A stretch of 64,000 nucleotides of DNA from a virus (lineage: Duplodnaviria > Heunggongvirae > Uroviricota > Caudoviricetes). Each line of letters opens with the position of its first letter. The stretch's first letter is position 1. Both the position numbers and the translations under genes were made by a program. The stretch spans positions 1 to 64,000 of the IMG/VR virus record IMGVR_UViG_3300002835_005179. One strand, 5' to 3'. The notes beneath the pieces are model-generated. The model was given only the letters and a program-made list of their open reading frames with translations, had not been told where the DNA came from and made no database searches. This document shows positions 9,650-19,680 of this stretch, piece after piece.

Positions 9650-10801
9650 ATGGAAAACAAACAAGATCCATTTGATTCAATCTTCGAAGGCATCGATCTT
9701 CCGGAAGATTTTGCTGCTAAGTTGAAGAAAGCATTCGACGATGCAGTTGATGAAAAATTAAAACAAGCAACTAAAGGTGTTATGAAAACTGAAGAGGAAG
9801 AGGAGATTGTTCATCTAGAATCCGAAGGTGAGATGGAAGATGATGAGGAAGAAGTTGTAGAACAAGACGAATCTAAAACATATTCTCTTGAAGATATCAG
9901 AGCACTATTAACTGATATCGATATCGTCAGATTACTACAATCTTCAGACGTAGAAAGAACAAAATTCTTAAATTCTATGCGTGCTGCAGTTACAGATCTA
10001 TCTGGCAACAGTATAGCAGAACCGTTCTTATCTCTAGTCATGAGTATTATACAAGTGATCGCAGATGATTCTAGAATTTCTACTATGATTGCAAGAGAAC
10101 TTAAAGATATGGAAACTGAGAAAAGCTCAGAAGAGCCAGCTGATAACATGAATCAAGTTAAAGTTAATGCTGAACTTGAAGTTTATGAAAATGTTATCGA
10201 ATCAGTAGATAAGTATCTAACTTATGTTGCTGAATCGTGGATCGAAGAAAACGCTCTAGCTGTTGAACAAGGTCTAAAGATTGAGATCATGGAATCTTTC
10301 TGGAATGGATTAAAGACTCTATACGTCGAAAATAATATTGTTCTACCAGAAGAAATTAATGTTGTTGAAGATCTAAATACAAAAATTGCCGATCTAGAAT
10401 CAACTCTTTCTGAGGAAAAGCAAGCATTTGCTGAAGAATTATCTAAGCAAAAGGCTCAATATGAAGAAAAGATAAACGAAGAAATTAATAGATCAATTGT
10501 ATACAAAAACAAAGCAGAAGAATCTACTAAGAAAGCTGTATTTGAATCAGTTTCAAAGGATCTATCTCTTTCACAAAAAGAAAGATTTGCGAAGTTAACA
10601 GAATCTGTAACTTATGAATCAAAGAAATCTTACGAAGAAAAGTTGAAAGATATTGTTAAGAATGCGTTCGATTCTTCTAAACCAAAGAAGAAATTGACCG
10701 AAGAATCAATGATTGAAGTATCTGAAGAAAATACAATTATTTCTGAAGATCCTATCATGAACCTTTATTCTCAAGCAATTTCTAAGAATGTCAAGTTTTA
10801 A
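9650..10801 (+). CDS. gp22: prohead core scaffold protein
   Basis: Acidic, coiled-coil-rich 383-aa ORF between the protease and the major capsid protein. Confidence 0.6.
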   Translation: MENKQDPFDSIFEGIDLPEDFAAKLKKAFDDAVDEKLKQATKGVMKTEEEEEIVHLESEGEMEDDEEEVVEQDESKTYSLEDIRALLTDIDIVRLLQSSDVERTKFLNSMRAAVTDLSGNSIAEPFLSLVMSIIQVIADDSRISTMIARELKDMETEKSSEEPADNMNQVKVNAELEVYENVIESVDKYLTYVAESWIEENALAVEQGLKIEIMESFWNGLKTLYVENNIVLPEEINVVEDLNTKIADLESTLSEEKQAFAEELSKQKAQYEEKINEEINRSIVYKNKAEESTKKAVFESVSKDLSLSQKERFAKLTESVTYESKKSYEEKLKDIVKNAFDSSKPKKKLTEESMIEVSEENTIISEDPIMNLYSQAISKNVKF

Positions 10802-10806
10802 TTTTT

Positions 10807-10814
10807 TATAAATA
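10807..10814 (+). promoter_or_regulatory. late promoter TATAAATA upstream of gp23
   Basis: Exact TATAAATA about 30 nt upstream of the major capsid protein start codon. Confidence 0.5.
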
Positions 10815-10844
10815 CTATTATAAATTTATTTCTTAAGGAGAAAT

Positions 10845-12104
10845 ATGTCTAATCTACAAAACAAATGGAAAGCGATTCTGGAACACCCAGAAGCTGCTCC
10901 AATTAAGGACGCTTACAGAAAGCAAGTAACTGCAGTTCTTTTAGAAAACCAAGAAAAGGCTCTAGCAGAATCAAGAAAGATCATCACTGAATCTGGTGTT
11001 CCATCAAACGTTGCAGGAAACGTTGATAAGTTTGATCCAATTCTAATTGCTCTAGTTCGTAGATCTATGCCAAATCTAATGGCTTATGATATCTGCGGCG
11101 TTCAGCCAATGAACATGCCAACAGGTTTGATCTTCGCAATGAAGTCAAAGTATGGTTCAGGCGCAACTGGTCCTCTATCTTCAACTGAAGCTCTATTCAA
11201 TGAAGCAGATACTGACTTCTCTGGAACTGGTACTCACCAAGATAATATCTTTAGAACTTCTTCAGATACACTATCTACTTATGGTACTGGTATGGCAACT
11301 GCAGACGGCGAAGGTTTCTCACCACTAAACATGGGTTTCTCTATCGAGAAGGTAACAGTTACTGCAAAGACTCGTGCTCTAAAGGCAGAATACTCTCTAG
11401 AATTGGCACAAGACCTAAAGGCTATGCACAATCTAGATGCAGAATCTGAGCTATCTAACATCCTATCAACTGAAATCATGGCAGAAATCAACCGTGAAGT
11501 TATCAGAACTCTATACAAGATTGCAAAGTCTGGTGCATCTTCTGGTACAACTACAGCAGGTTATTTCGATCTTGATACAGATTCTGACGGACGTTGGTCA
11601 GTTGAAAGATTCAAGGGTCTAATGTTCCATGCTGAAAGAGAAGCAAACCAAATTGCAAAGGCAACTCGTAGAGGAAAGGGTAATATCATTATCTGCTCTT
11701 CTGACGTAGCATCTGCTCTAGCAATGGCAGGCAAGCTAGATTATACTCCAGCTCTATCTACTGATCTAAACGTCGACGATACTGGTAATACATTTGCTGG
11801 TGTTCTAAACGGCAAGTACAAGGTCTATGTTGATCCATACTTCGCAGTAGGTTCTGGCGTAACATTCTCTGACGTCATGGTTGTTGGGTACAAGGGATCT
11901 AACGCTTATGACGCTGGTTTATTCTACTGCCCATACGTTCCATTACAAATGGTCAAGGCAGTTGATCCAGATACATTCCAGCCAAAAATAGGTTTCAAGA
12001 CCCGCTACGGCATGGTCGCAAACCCACTATCTGGCGACGGAAACACTCTAGGTGCAGCTTCCAACGATTATTATAGACTCGTCAAAATTAAAAATATTCT
12101 CTAA
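10845..12104 (+). CDS. gp23: major capsid protein
   Basis: 419-aa ORF after the scaffold gene. Strong RBS, high-expression codon usage and a terminator after it. T4-like order 20-21-22-23. Confidence 0.8.
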   Translation: MSNLQNKWKAILEHPEAAPIKDAYRKQVTAVLLENQEKALAESRKIITESGVPSNVAGNVDKFDPILIALVRRSMPNLMAYDICGVQPMNMPTGLIFAMKSKYGSGATGPLSSTEALFNEADTDFSGTGTHQDNIFRTSSDTLSTYGTGMATADGEGFSPLNMGFSIEKVTVTAKTRALKAEYSLELAQDLKAMHNLDAESELSNILSTEIMAEINREVIRTLYKIAKSGASSGTTTAGYFDLDTDSDGRWSVERFKGLMFHAEREANQIAKATRRGKGNIIICSSDVASALAMAGKLDYTPALSTDLNVDDTGNTFAGVLNGKYKVYVDPYFAVGSGVTFSDVMVVGYKGSNAYDAGLFYCPYVPLQMVKAVDPDTFQPKIGFKTRYGMVANPLSGDGNTLGAASNDYYRLVKIKNIL

Positions 12105-12127
12105 ATTAGAGGATAGCAATAAACTAA

Positions 12128-12153
12128 GGGAACCTTCGGGTTCCCTTTTTTTG
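12128..12153 (+). terminator. rho-independent terminator after gp23
   Basis: GGGAACC-ttcg-GGTTCCC stem-loop followed by TTTTTTTT. Confidence 0.8.
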
Positions 12154-12246
12154 TCTCGAAATTTGTATTTTACTAAATAAGAATGAGGATACTAGATGCA
12201 ACTAACATCCAATACCCTCTAAACACATACTAAGGACAATTAGCAT

Positions 12247-13056
12247 ATGCCTAATAATATTTATTGTACATACCTTACAATCTACAAAGGTAACAAACTC
12301 CCTCTATATTATATTGGTTCAACTTCTGTTAATAGAATTAACAAAGGTTATCATGGAACCGTGTCTTCTAAGAAATATAAAGATATCTATAAACAAGAAT
12401 TAATATCTAATCCTCACCTATTCAAAACAAAAATACTTACAACACATGAAACCAGAGAAGAAGCTTATGAGAAAGAATTGTTCTTTCAAATAAAATTATC
12501 TGTAGTTAAATCACCAATGTATTTCAATGAATCATTGGCTGTGACAAATGGTTATTTTGGTCGTGCTCTAAATGGAAAAGATAATCCCCTACACGGTAAG
12601 AATCATTCAGAAGAAACAAGAAGAAAGATGTCTGAGAATAGAAAAGGAAAATATAAAGGAATTCCTAAGTCTGAAGAACATAAAAGAAAAATTGCATTGG
12701 CAAATACAGGTAAGAAACATTCTGAAGAATCTAAACGAAAAATGTCTTTAAATCATATTGGTATTGTTGCTTCTGATGAAACTAAGAAGAAATTATCTGA
12801 TATGAGAAAGGGTGAAAAGCATCCTCTTTATGGAAAGACACATTCTCCAGAATCAATTCAGAAGATGAAAGAGACGCATAGTAATCGTTCAGAAGAAACA
12901 CTAAAGAAGCTGTCTGCTGCCAAGAGTGGTGAAAATAATCCTAGTTATGGAAAGAAATGGTTCCATAATCCCATTACCTTAGAACAAATTAGGATCCATC
13001 CTAACAATCCTCCATCTGGATTCTTTCCTGGTAGAATTCCTAAAATTAATAAATAG
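12247..13056 (+). CDS. GIY-YIG homing endonuclease with NUMOD3 repeats
   Basis: N-terminus YLTIY..LPLYYIGST is a GIY-YIG motif. The C-terminal half has repeated H/E...KMS NUMOD3-like modules. Inserted directly after gp23. Confidence 0.85.
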   Translation: MPNNIYCTYLTIYKGNKLPLYYIGSTSVNRINKGYHGTVSSKKYKDIYKQELISNPHLFKTKILTTHETREEAYEKELFFQIKLSVVKSPMYFNESLAVTNGYFGRALNGKDNPLHGKNHSEETRRKMSENRKGKYKGIPKSEEHKRKIALANTGKKHSEESKRKMSLNHIGIVASDETKKKLSDMRKGEKHPLYGKTHSPESIQKMKETHSNRSEETLKKLSAAKSGENNPSYGKKWFHNPITLEQIRIHPNNPPSGFFPGRIPKINK

Positions 13057-13069
13057 ATGAGAGGAATAT

Positions 13070-13327
13070 ATGAACCTAGAAAATTTTAAAGAAGCTTATT
13101 TAACAGTTATTAATGAAGAAATTGAAGAGACCGAAGTAGTCGAAACAGAAGTAACTGATGTCGATGAAGAAACACCTGAAAACGAATTATCTGCAGCAGA
13201 TCATTTTAAGATGGGTGTTATGGCTTTGATGGGTAAGATGGATGCTTCCGAAGAAGAGAATGAAATGATCAATGATTTGGTTGCATCAATCATTTCAGAT
13301 CTTAACGATTCAATGTCTGGTGATTAA
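13070..13327 (+). CDS. small acidic protein with capsid-targeting-like N-terminus
   Basis: 85 aa. MNLENFKEAYLTVINE... is paralogous to the N-terminus of ORF 7676. Confidence 0.4.
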   Translation: MNLENFKEAYLTVINEEIEETEVVETEVTDVDEETPENELSAADHFKMGVMALMGKMDASEEENEMINDLVASIISDLNDSMSGD

Positions 13328-13938
13328 TACCATTCTACAATCTTATCGGCAATTCCATATCTTACTGCTTCTTCGGCAGAAAGCCACACATCGTGAGACG
13401 GCAAAAGAATTTCTCTTACCTTCTTTTCATTCAATCCTGTACACTTCTTATAATGAGCAAGCATTCTCTGGGTAGTTAATTCAAACTCTTTATTTCTTGC
13501 ATACAATTCATGTTCTTTTCCAAAAGAACCCCAAGAGAATTGATGTGAAAGGATAGAAGTATTCTGTGTAATATATCTCTTTCCTTTCTTTCCAGCCATG
13601 AAAATTGCAAGTCCAGCAGAAGCGATTGTCCCTAACCCAAAAGTAGAGATATCAATCTCGGATCCTTTCATAATATCAATAAGGGCAAATCCAGAACAAA
13701 GATCACCACCAACTGAATTAATCAGCATCCTGATTTCTGTTCGATCTTTTTGATCTTGGAAATTGGAATTTCTCTCAACAATATACTGAATAGCATCAGA
13801 TGTAGATTCTATGTTTATCTCGCCAGAGAGAAGATAATAACCTGCTCCCTCGAAGGAGATATACATCTGAGGAATCTCTGGCTTTGGTTTGATTTTAGAC
13901 ATTTTAGTTCTCATTTCGGTTGAGGAATCGAACTCCAA
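13324..13938 (-). CDS. clpP: ClpP-like serine protease
   Basis: INSVGG, GLGTIASAG (catalytic Ser), SHQFS (His) and a C-terminal Asp region, typical of the S14 family. Confidence 0.85.
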   Translation of the reverse strand: MEFDSSTEMRTKMSKIKPKPEIPQMYISFEGAGYYLLSGEINIESTSDAIQYIVERNSNFQDQKDRTEIRMLINSVGGDLCSGFALIDIMKGSEIDISTFGLGTIASAGLAIFMAGKKGKRYITQNTSILSHQFSWGSFGKEHELYARNKEFELTTQRMLAHYKKCTGLNEKKVREILLPSHDVWLSAEEAVRYGIADKIVEWY

Positions 13939-14076
13939 CGAAAATATTTATCAGATGAATATAAGGACTCAACAATCCTAGAAGCATCAAAGGGATTAGA
14001 GGCTTGCACCTCATAATCCCTCATCATTACGGATCTTTGTTGACCGCAATAAAATGAGCACTTGTATGTTGTCATG

Positions 14077-14868
14077 TTACTTCACATTAACTAGAGGAAC
14101 AGCATTTGTACCAAGAATCATAGTGCAATTCGATTTAGAACAAGCTTCGATTTGTAACATACGAAGATATTGATCTGGAGTTAAGCCTCTAGAATCCTGA
14201 TATGCACGATCTGCTTCAGCACGTTTAATCTCAGCCGACTTACGAGACTCTTCAGCAAGAGCTCTTTGTGTTTCAGTCTTAGATCGTTGTTGTTGAACAC
14301 CCGTTTCATTATATGCCGCAATAATTTCTTTTTGTGGAGAAATCTTACCAAGCGATACATCTAAAACTTTTACAGGAATCTTATGTTTGGTTACATATTC
14401 TTGTAATTGAATTTCTAATTCTCGTTCAACTTTCTCTACAACCTCTTGTTGTAGTGCCAATTCTGGCATTGAATATTGTCGAACTTGATTACGATTCATT
14501 GTTTGGAAAGGTCGTTGAATATTCTTCTGATAGAATTCCGGCCCAAAATTCACTACTAGAGCAACAGAATCTGTAATTTGTAGAAGAACGGAAGCATGAT
14601 AATCAATTGGATTATTATCCTTGGGCATAATATCATCAAATGGCTCGTCATATTTAATTGGCTTCTTATCTACATCATAAGAATCTGTAGATAGAGCCAC
14701 GATAACAGAACCAGGTTTAATTGGTTCCTTGTCAATACCACCATGACCAAACAACCATGGTTTATAGATTAGAACTGCTTCATGTCCAGGTTCAACATTT
14801 ACTCTCGTACAAGAAGTTCCCATTAGAACCAAACATAAACTAAATACAACTGCAATTTTCTTAATCAT
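14077..14868 (-). CDS. SPFH/band-7 (prohibitin-like) protein with signal peptide
   Basis: N-terminal signal/lipoprotein-like sequence, then an SPFH-like core and a C-terminal coiled coil (EIKRAEADRAYQ). Confidence 0.55.
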   Translation of the reverse strand: MIKKIAVVFSLCLVLMGTSCTRVNVEPGHEAVLIYKPWLFGHGGIDKEPIKPGSVIVALSTDSYDVDKKPIKYDEPFDDIMPKDNNPIDYHASVLLQITDSVALVVNFGPEFYQKNIQRPFQTMNRNQVRQYSMPELALQQEVVEKVERELEIQLQEYVTKHKIPVKVLDVSLGKISPQKEIIAAYNETGVQQQRSKTETQRALAEESRKSAEIKRAEADRAYQDSRGLTPDQYLRMLQIEACSKSNCTMILGTNAVPLVNVK

Positions 14869-15029
14869 TATTTCTCCTTAATTATTCAAACCGAATCTTT
14901 CGGGTCTTCTTCTTTTCTTGAGTCGTATCAAAGAAAAGTGATATGATCTCATCAAAAGATTCTTCATTAGTCTTGATTCGAACCGAAGGATTATCGGTTG
15001 TGTAAATCGAAAAACAATCATTAGAGAAC

Positions 15030-15956
15030 TTAACTAGCATAATTACTCTCCTTAAGAATTTTCATTAGAGCCAAATCTTTTGCTTTTGTTTCTAGATCAA
15101 GATAGAAATCTTTTCCATAATCATCAGGAAGCGAATTAATATAATCAGAGTGAGCAGTTCGATTACATACAATTCCTTCATGAATCGCTTTTGATTCTGA
15201 ATAATGGAATAGAGGAACCTCTTTCCAAGTAGAGAAAGCCATATCGAATGCTTCTTCTTCAGTTAATTCATATTCATTACCATTATATAACGAATGATGG
15301 AAGAAGTCAAACGTCAGAGGAATTCCAATCTTCGAGTGAATATCCAAGAATAGATGAGATGTAGAATATGACGATTGTTTATCATCATTCTCCACAACAA
15401 GTCTCTTCTTCATACTATCAGATAATCTTCCAAAGTTTGCACAGAATCGATCGGAAGTCTCTTCGGAATAAGACATTCCAACATGGATATTAATTGGATA
15501 AAATTCACTGGCCTCAAGACCCATATGATTCATGATAGAATTGTGAATCTCTAAATCTTTGATCGAATTTAGAACAACATTCTCTTTCATCGATCCCAAC
15601 TTAACAAATGGACCAGGATGAAATGATAATCTCATATCATAATATTTTGCCAAAGACCCAATATCTTGTAGGATGCTTTTAATTTTCGACCAATCAGGAA
15701 GATCTTCGAATACATATTCTGAAGCCCAAGGAAACATCTCGGAAGACATGCGGAAATTCTTAATCTTATTCTGGCCATTCCAATCTACAATCCTGAGTAG
15801 ATCTGACACGTTCTGAACAATAAGATCCGACGCATAATCTATTCCTTTTGTGAGGAATGTATCTTTGCGCATGGTTCTATTAGAAGTAAGTCCTAATGAT
15901 TTCTGGAGAGTAAGATTAATGCAACAATATCCAGGATAAATCACAATTGATCCCAA
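15030..15956 (-). CDS. uvdE: UV-damage endonuclease
   Basis: Colinear with Bacillus UVDE: NFRMSSEMFPWAS, LSFHPGPF, INIHVG and VVENDDK. Confidence 0.85.
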   Translation of the reverse strand: MGSIVIYPGYCCINLTLQKSLGLTSNRTMRKDTFLTKGIDYASDLIVQNVSDLLRIVDWNGQNKIKNFRMSSEMFPWASEYVFEDLPDWSKIKSILQDIGSLAKYYDMRLSFHPGPFVKLGSMKENVVLNSIKDLEIHNSIMNHMGLEASEFYPINIHVGMSYSEETSDRFCANFGRLSDSMKKRLVVENDDKQSSYSTSHLFLDIHSKIGIPLTFDFFHHSLYNGNEYELTEEEAFDMAFSTWKEVPLFHYSESKAIHEGIVCNRTAHSDYINSLPDDYGKDFYLDLETKAKDLALMKILKESNYAS

Positions 15957-16360
15957 CCTTCTGTTTCAAGAGTATAATATACTTTCTTGATATCAAATTC
16001 AAATATTGCCCGCATACAACCAGAACAAGGTTTCGCCAACCCATAGACTATACTATTAGTCAAAATATCATACTTAACACGACAAACATATAGACTAACT
16101 TTCTTGAAATCTTCTACATCTATTTGTCTCAATGCATTCTTAATTGCAGATATCTCTGCGTGTAGATAGATAGACAGATCTTTGTTTGTTGCATATTTAG
16201 CTTGGAGTGGAGATGATTTCATAGAATTTACTCCAACCGAAACTATCTTGTTTTTGTAAACAATAGCGGCAGCAAGTTTAGCGCCAGAAACTTTCGGATT
16301 AGCTATCGCTATTTGTTTGAGGAGAGAAAAGACTCTAGAGATCTTCAGCTCAGATTCCAT
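15941..16360 (-). CDS. dCMP/cytidine deaminase family protein
   Basis: Zinc-binding HAE...PCSGC motifs. 139 aa. Confidence 0.75.
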   Translation of the reverse strand: MESELKISRVFSLLKQIAIANPKVSGAKLAAAIVYKNKIVSVGVNSMKSSPLQAKYATNKDLSIYLHAEISAIKNALRQIDVEDFKKVSLYVCRVKYDILTNSIVYGLAKPCSGCMRAIFEFDIKKVYYTLETEGWDQL

Positions 16361-16400
16361 ACATTAAGTATACCGTATCCGACGGGTAAAGTCAAGCTCA

Positions 16401-16913
16401 TCAAAAATTAAAATATTTTAATTTTGTTCGGTAGATCGAGTCGTCAATCTCTTTCAAGAATTCGAACCAATTACTCGCAATCTTGACATTTAGATAATCA
16501 CACACCATCTTGACATTACCATATCTCCAAAAATCTTCTGTACAATACACAATCGTTTTTCGACCGGATTTACCGATCGATCTTCCGAATAAGCCTAATT
16601 CTAGTAACGTAATAGGAGATTTAGTATTCGGATCAAAATAATAACAGTTAATATCTGAATTTTCTTGACACCGCAATTCCCACATCACTTGTTCGTGAAA
16701 TCTTGGATCATCCGGATGCTGCCTCCAGGATGAATCCCAGTCATCACGACGGGGATTCATAACAACAACATCTTCATGAAGAGATAGATGTTGGATTACA
16801 CGGTCTTGCCAATTATCAGCGATACCCATCTCAATAGATCCACCAAGAAAGATGGTGATATTTTCAAGGTGCTTTGCAGTCAACTTAGTTGGAGGTTTGA
16901 TTACATTAAACAT
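16401..16913 (-). CDS. nucleoside 2-deoxyribosyltransferase-like protein
   Basis: FLGG N-terminus and PITLLELGLF (TxxExG-like) resemble the NDT superfamily. Start reset to the ATG that overlaps the prs stop, with a GGAGG-less context. The upstream 47 codons of the track ORF overlap prs. Confidence 0.35.
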   Translation of the reverse strand: MFNVIKPPTKLTAKHLENITIFLGGSIEMGIADNWQDRVIQHLSLHEDVVVMNPRRDDWDSSWRQHPDDPRFHEQVMWELRCQENSDINCYYFDPNTKSPITLLELGLFGRSIGKSGRKTIVYCTEDFWRYGNVKMVCDYLNVKIASNWFEFLKEIDDSIYRTKLKYFNF

Positions 16914-17790
16914 ATAAACTATCCAATTCTTCTTTCGCAATTTCAGCCATCCAATCAATAACGTCAATAACTTCGACATTATCAGAAATACCAGACTCTG
17001 TGAAAGAATTTGTTGTGTAGATCTTATCAAAGTATTTCGATAGATCATCGAATCCTTTCGAGAAGATTCCGTGTGTCACAAACAACCGAAGATTTGGGAT
17101 CTGCAACTTTTCAGCAATACCCAAGAAAGTTCCACCACCATCACAGATATCGTCGATGATATAAGAATTTCGTGTCGTGTCTTTGATTACTGGAACTTCG
17201 AAACCAAGAAATCTGCCAGTAACAGGATCACGTTTCTTTTTGCAGTAATATTTCGGATGATTATCGGAAAGCATATCAGCATATCTATTCTTCGCACCTT
17301 CATCCGGAAAGATAATATTTGCTTCAGGATCAGTTACAAGAATTTCTTGAATAATCTTATTAATCGGAATATCTTTATACTCATAATCAAACCTGTTAGA
17401 ATGACAATCTAAAGTATAGATTTTTGCATATGGCCAGACGCAGGTAATGATATTCAAGAAAACTTTCTTACCGAGACAATCTCCTTCTACGAAGCGACGA
17501 TCGGCTCTTGAATATGGAAGATAAGGAATCACAACAGCAATATTATTGGATGGCATAGACAAAGTAATATCGTTGATTGCATCTTGCAACAGAAGCAACT
17601 TCATTACATCATCGGAATTCTTAATTCGATGAATTAAGACAACACCAAAACACGAAGTCAATGCTTTGATAGTTTCGGGTTTGAGGCGAACCTGAAGTTC
17701 GCCTCCTGGATACTTAAACCACTCGTACGAATTTTCGTCGATACGCAATACATTACGATTGGACACGAACACGCTCCTTAATGGTTTCAA
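16906..17790 (-). CDS. prs: ribose-phosphate pyrophosphokinase (PRPP synthetase)
   Basis: VVIPYLPYSRADRR (PRPP synthetase signature) and IIDDICDGGGT (PRPP-binding loop). Confidence 0.8.
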   Translation of the reverse strand: MKPLRSVFVSNRNVLRIDENSYEWFKYPGGELQVRLKPETIKALTSCFGVVLIHRIKNSDDVMKLLLLQDAINDITLSMPSNNIAVVIPYLPYSRADRRFVEGDCLGKKVFLNIITCVWPYAKIYTLDCHSNRFDYEYKDIPINKIIQEILVTDPEANIIFPDEGAKNRYADMLSDNHPKYYCKKKRDPVTGRFLGFEVPVIKDTTRNSYIIDDICDGGGTFLGIAEKLQIPNLRLFVTHGIFSKGFDDLSKYFDKIYTTNSFTESGISDNVEVIDVIDWMAEIAKEELDSLYV

Positions 17791-19276
17791 ACTTCACTTT
17801 ATTCAGTATACCGTCTTTCAAGATGCAAGTCAAGTCGCAATTTTCAAGTTCTTCGAGAGTCGCTTCTTCCTTACAAATCCAGTTGTTATTTTCTGGAGTC
17901 CAATCTGGAGCCTTGTAGACAGCAAGAATACCTTTACGAGATTTCTTCATTCCAGAATCAGTCTTTGGATCCTTAAAGATAGGAATGATTTTTCCATCTT
18001 TTTCGATAGCAGTCGCCTTCATTGCGAATCCGAAAGTGTCTCTTGTGACATACTCATAAGTATATGACCCGACACCAAACACCATATTATATGGTGAGAT
18101 CTTCAATTTCTCAACGATGCCAGATAGAATCTGGCGTGCACGATCCAACGTAATCGAATCACCATAGATACAACCTGCTTTGTTGATCATACGATTATGA
18201 TCCAAACCAAAAACTTCTTTCAGAAGAGCCAAGACACCAAGATCAGCTGGTCCATTACCTCGTTCTTGAATGCTAGAATTATTCTTGCCTAGTACAATCT
18301 CAACAGGATCACCGGAATCAGGACGAATAACAATCTTACCGTTACGAGCAATGATTTTATCTTTCAAACGAGGCATGAAGTCTGTTAGAACAGTCCACAG
18401 ATCCCAAGTATCAGAAACGATCGAAACGATTCCTTCTGGATAGATATCTTCAACTAGACGACGGAAAGTTTCAAATTCGTCTTCTTTACCACCAGCACAC
18501 ATAACAGAGTGCTCTGTAGCAGGAACAGAAGAACCTGTCGTAGCAATGTTTGCATCATAATAATGCTCAGCTGCTAGAATAGCAGGGATAGTATCAGTTC
18601 CATTGAACGATAGAAGGTGACCCATACCAGAAGCTACTGCATCACCTAGAGACGACATACCACGCATGGAGAAATCGTGGAATTGATAATCGATGAAACC
18701 AAAATCAGTCTCTCCTGCTTTTCGTGCCCATTCCATACCAATCTTACGATATTCAAGAGCAGTCGTTGCCGAAGTGTATGGTTTCCAAATAGATAGAGAA
18801 AGAATCGTTTCTAGGAAATTAGGAAGCCAGAAAGCGTGGTCGACTGTATTGTAAATGACAAGAGATGGAATTCCAATATTAACCGAATATCCTTCCGGAA
18901 TTGCGTAGATGTTAATAGGAAGACGTCCTTCATCATGAAGTGCCTTGATGTGGTCTGTTTTGGGATTCTGAATTCCAAGAGTTTTAGAGATTACACGGAC
19001 ATATTCTGCTTCTACTTCGATCCAAGGTACAGAGAAAAAGCTATTATCGAATTCCTTCAGAAGATCAAGTAGAAAATACTGGTGTCCAAAAACAACAATT
19101 TTTTCAATACCAGGGACACGAGATTTTCGTGCAGTCCAATTTGAGTAGACTCGTGTCACTCCTTCTGGATATTGGCGAACGTGATCAATCTTGTAGAAGT
19201 CTGCTAAGAGAACTGGGATGGTGTTCATAATTAACCTTTCTTTATTCATTATACTAAATATAGAATCAGAAAGCAA
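17753..19276 (-). CDS. nadV: nicotinamide phosphoribosyltransferase
   Basis: 507-aa NAMPT-family protein (N-terminus LLADFYKIDH...). Adjacent to prs, as in other NadV-carrying phages. Confidence 0.8.
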   Translation of the reverse strand: MLSDSIFSIMNKERLIMNTIPVLLADFYKIDHVRQYPEGVTRVYSNWTARKSRVPGIEKIVVFGHQYFLLDLLKEFDNSFFSVPWIEVEAEYVRVISKTLGIQNPKTDHIKALHDEGRLPINIYAIPEGYSVNIGIPSLVIYNTVDHAFWLPNFLETILSLSIWKPYTSATTALEYRKIGMEWARKAGETDFGFIDYQFHDFSMRGMSSLGDAVASGMGHLLSFNGTDTIPAILAAEHYYDANIATTGSSVPATEHSVMCAGGKEDEFETFRRLVEDIYPEGIVSIVSDTWDLWTVLTDFMPRLKDKIIARNGKIVIRPDSGDPVEIVLGKNNSSIQERGNGPADLGVLALLKEVFGLDHNRMINKAGCIYGDSITLDRARQILSGIVEKLKISPYNMVFGVGSYTYEYVTRDTFGFAMKATAIEKDGKIIPIFKDPKTDSGMKKSRKGILAVYKAPDWTPENNNWICKEEATLEELENCDLTCILKDGILNKVKFETIKERVRVQS

Positions 19277-19279
19277 GCT

Positions 19280-19480
19280 TTACTTAAAAATAGTTGCCAA
19301 AAACAGGAAGAACCCAGCAAGCAAAAACAAACCAAGGAATATTGCGGCTGGAATCCAAAGAGGAGAGAGTACCCAAAGCCAAGACCAGGTAATGTGACCA
19401 GTTAATTTCAATCCGATGAATAGTAGTCCAAACATCGGATTGAAAGAGAACGAAACATTGAAGTTTTTTTCAGAAGCCAT
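19280..19480 (-). CDS. small membrane protein (2 TM)
   Basis: 66 aa with two hydrophobic helices. Confidence 0.35.
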   Translation of the reverse strand: MASEKNFNVSFSFNPMFGLLFIGLKLTGHITWSWLWVLSPLWIPAAIFLGLFLLAGFFLFLATIFK

Positions 19481-19570
19481 TTCAGTTTAATATTCCTTTC
19501 AATCGGTACATACCCATTATAGCGTACTGAGTCAAGCATGTAAAGGTTTTCTAGAAAAAATAAAAAAAAA

Positions 19571-19637
19571 AAAGAATATCTCCTTTATTTTCAATATCTT
19601 ACTGCAAACTATTGATTCTAAAGAGAATATTCTTTCG
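19571..19637. repeat. palindromic intergenic element, copy 1
   Basis: AAGAATATCTC...GAGAATATTCTT outer inverted arms around a TTTTCAATA core. Related copies at 41061-41188 and 63921-63985. Confidence 0.6.
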
Positions 19638-19645
19638 AAAAAAAC

Positions 19646-19674
19646 TTGCTTCGGTTGAATGGATAAGGTATAAT
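19646..19674 (+). promoter_or_regulatory. sigma70-like promoter TTGCTT-N17-TATAAT (leaderless start)
   Basis: TTGCTT at 19646, TATAAT at 19669 with a 17-bp spacer. The ATG at 19681 lies 6 nt after the -10 box. The same AATAAGGTATAAT block occurs at 33416 and 41218. Confidence 0.5.
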
Positions 19675-19680
19675 GGTTCT

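Noticed and set aside
16906-17048. The 143-nt overlap between the NDT-like and prs ORFs
   Set aside because: An internal ATG (MFNVIKPP...) overlaps the prs stop by a few nt in the typical ATGnTAA coupling arrangement, so the NDT-like start was reset to 16913.
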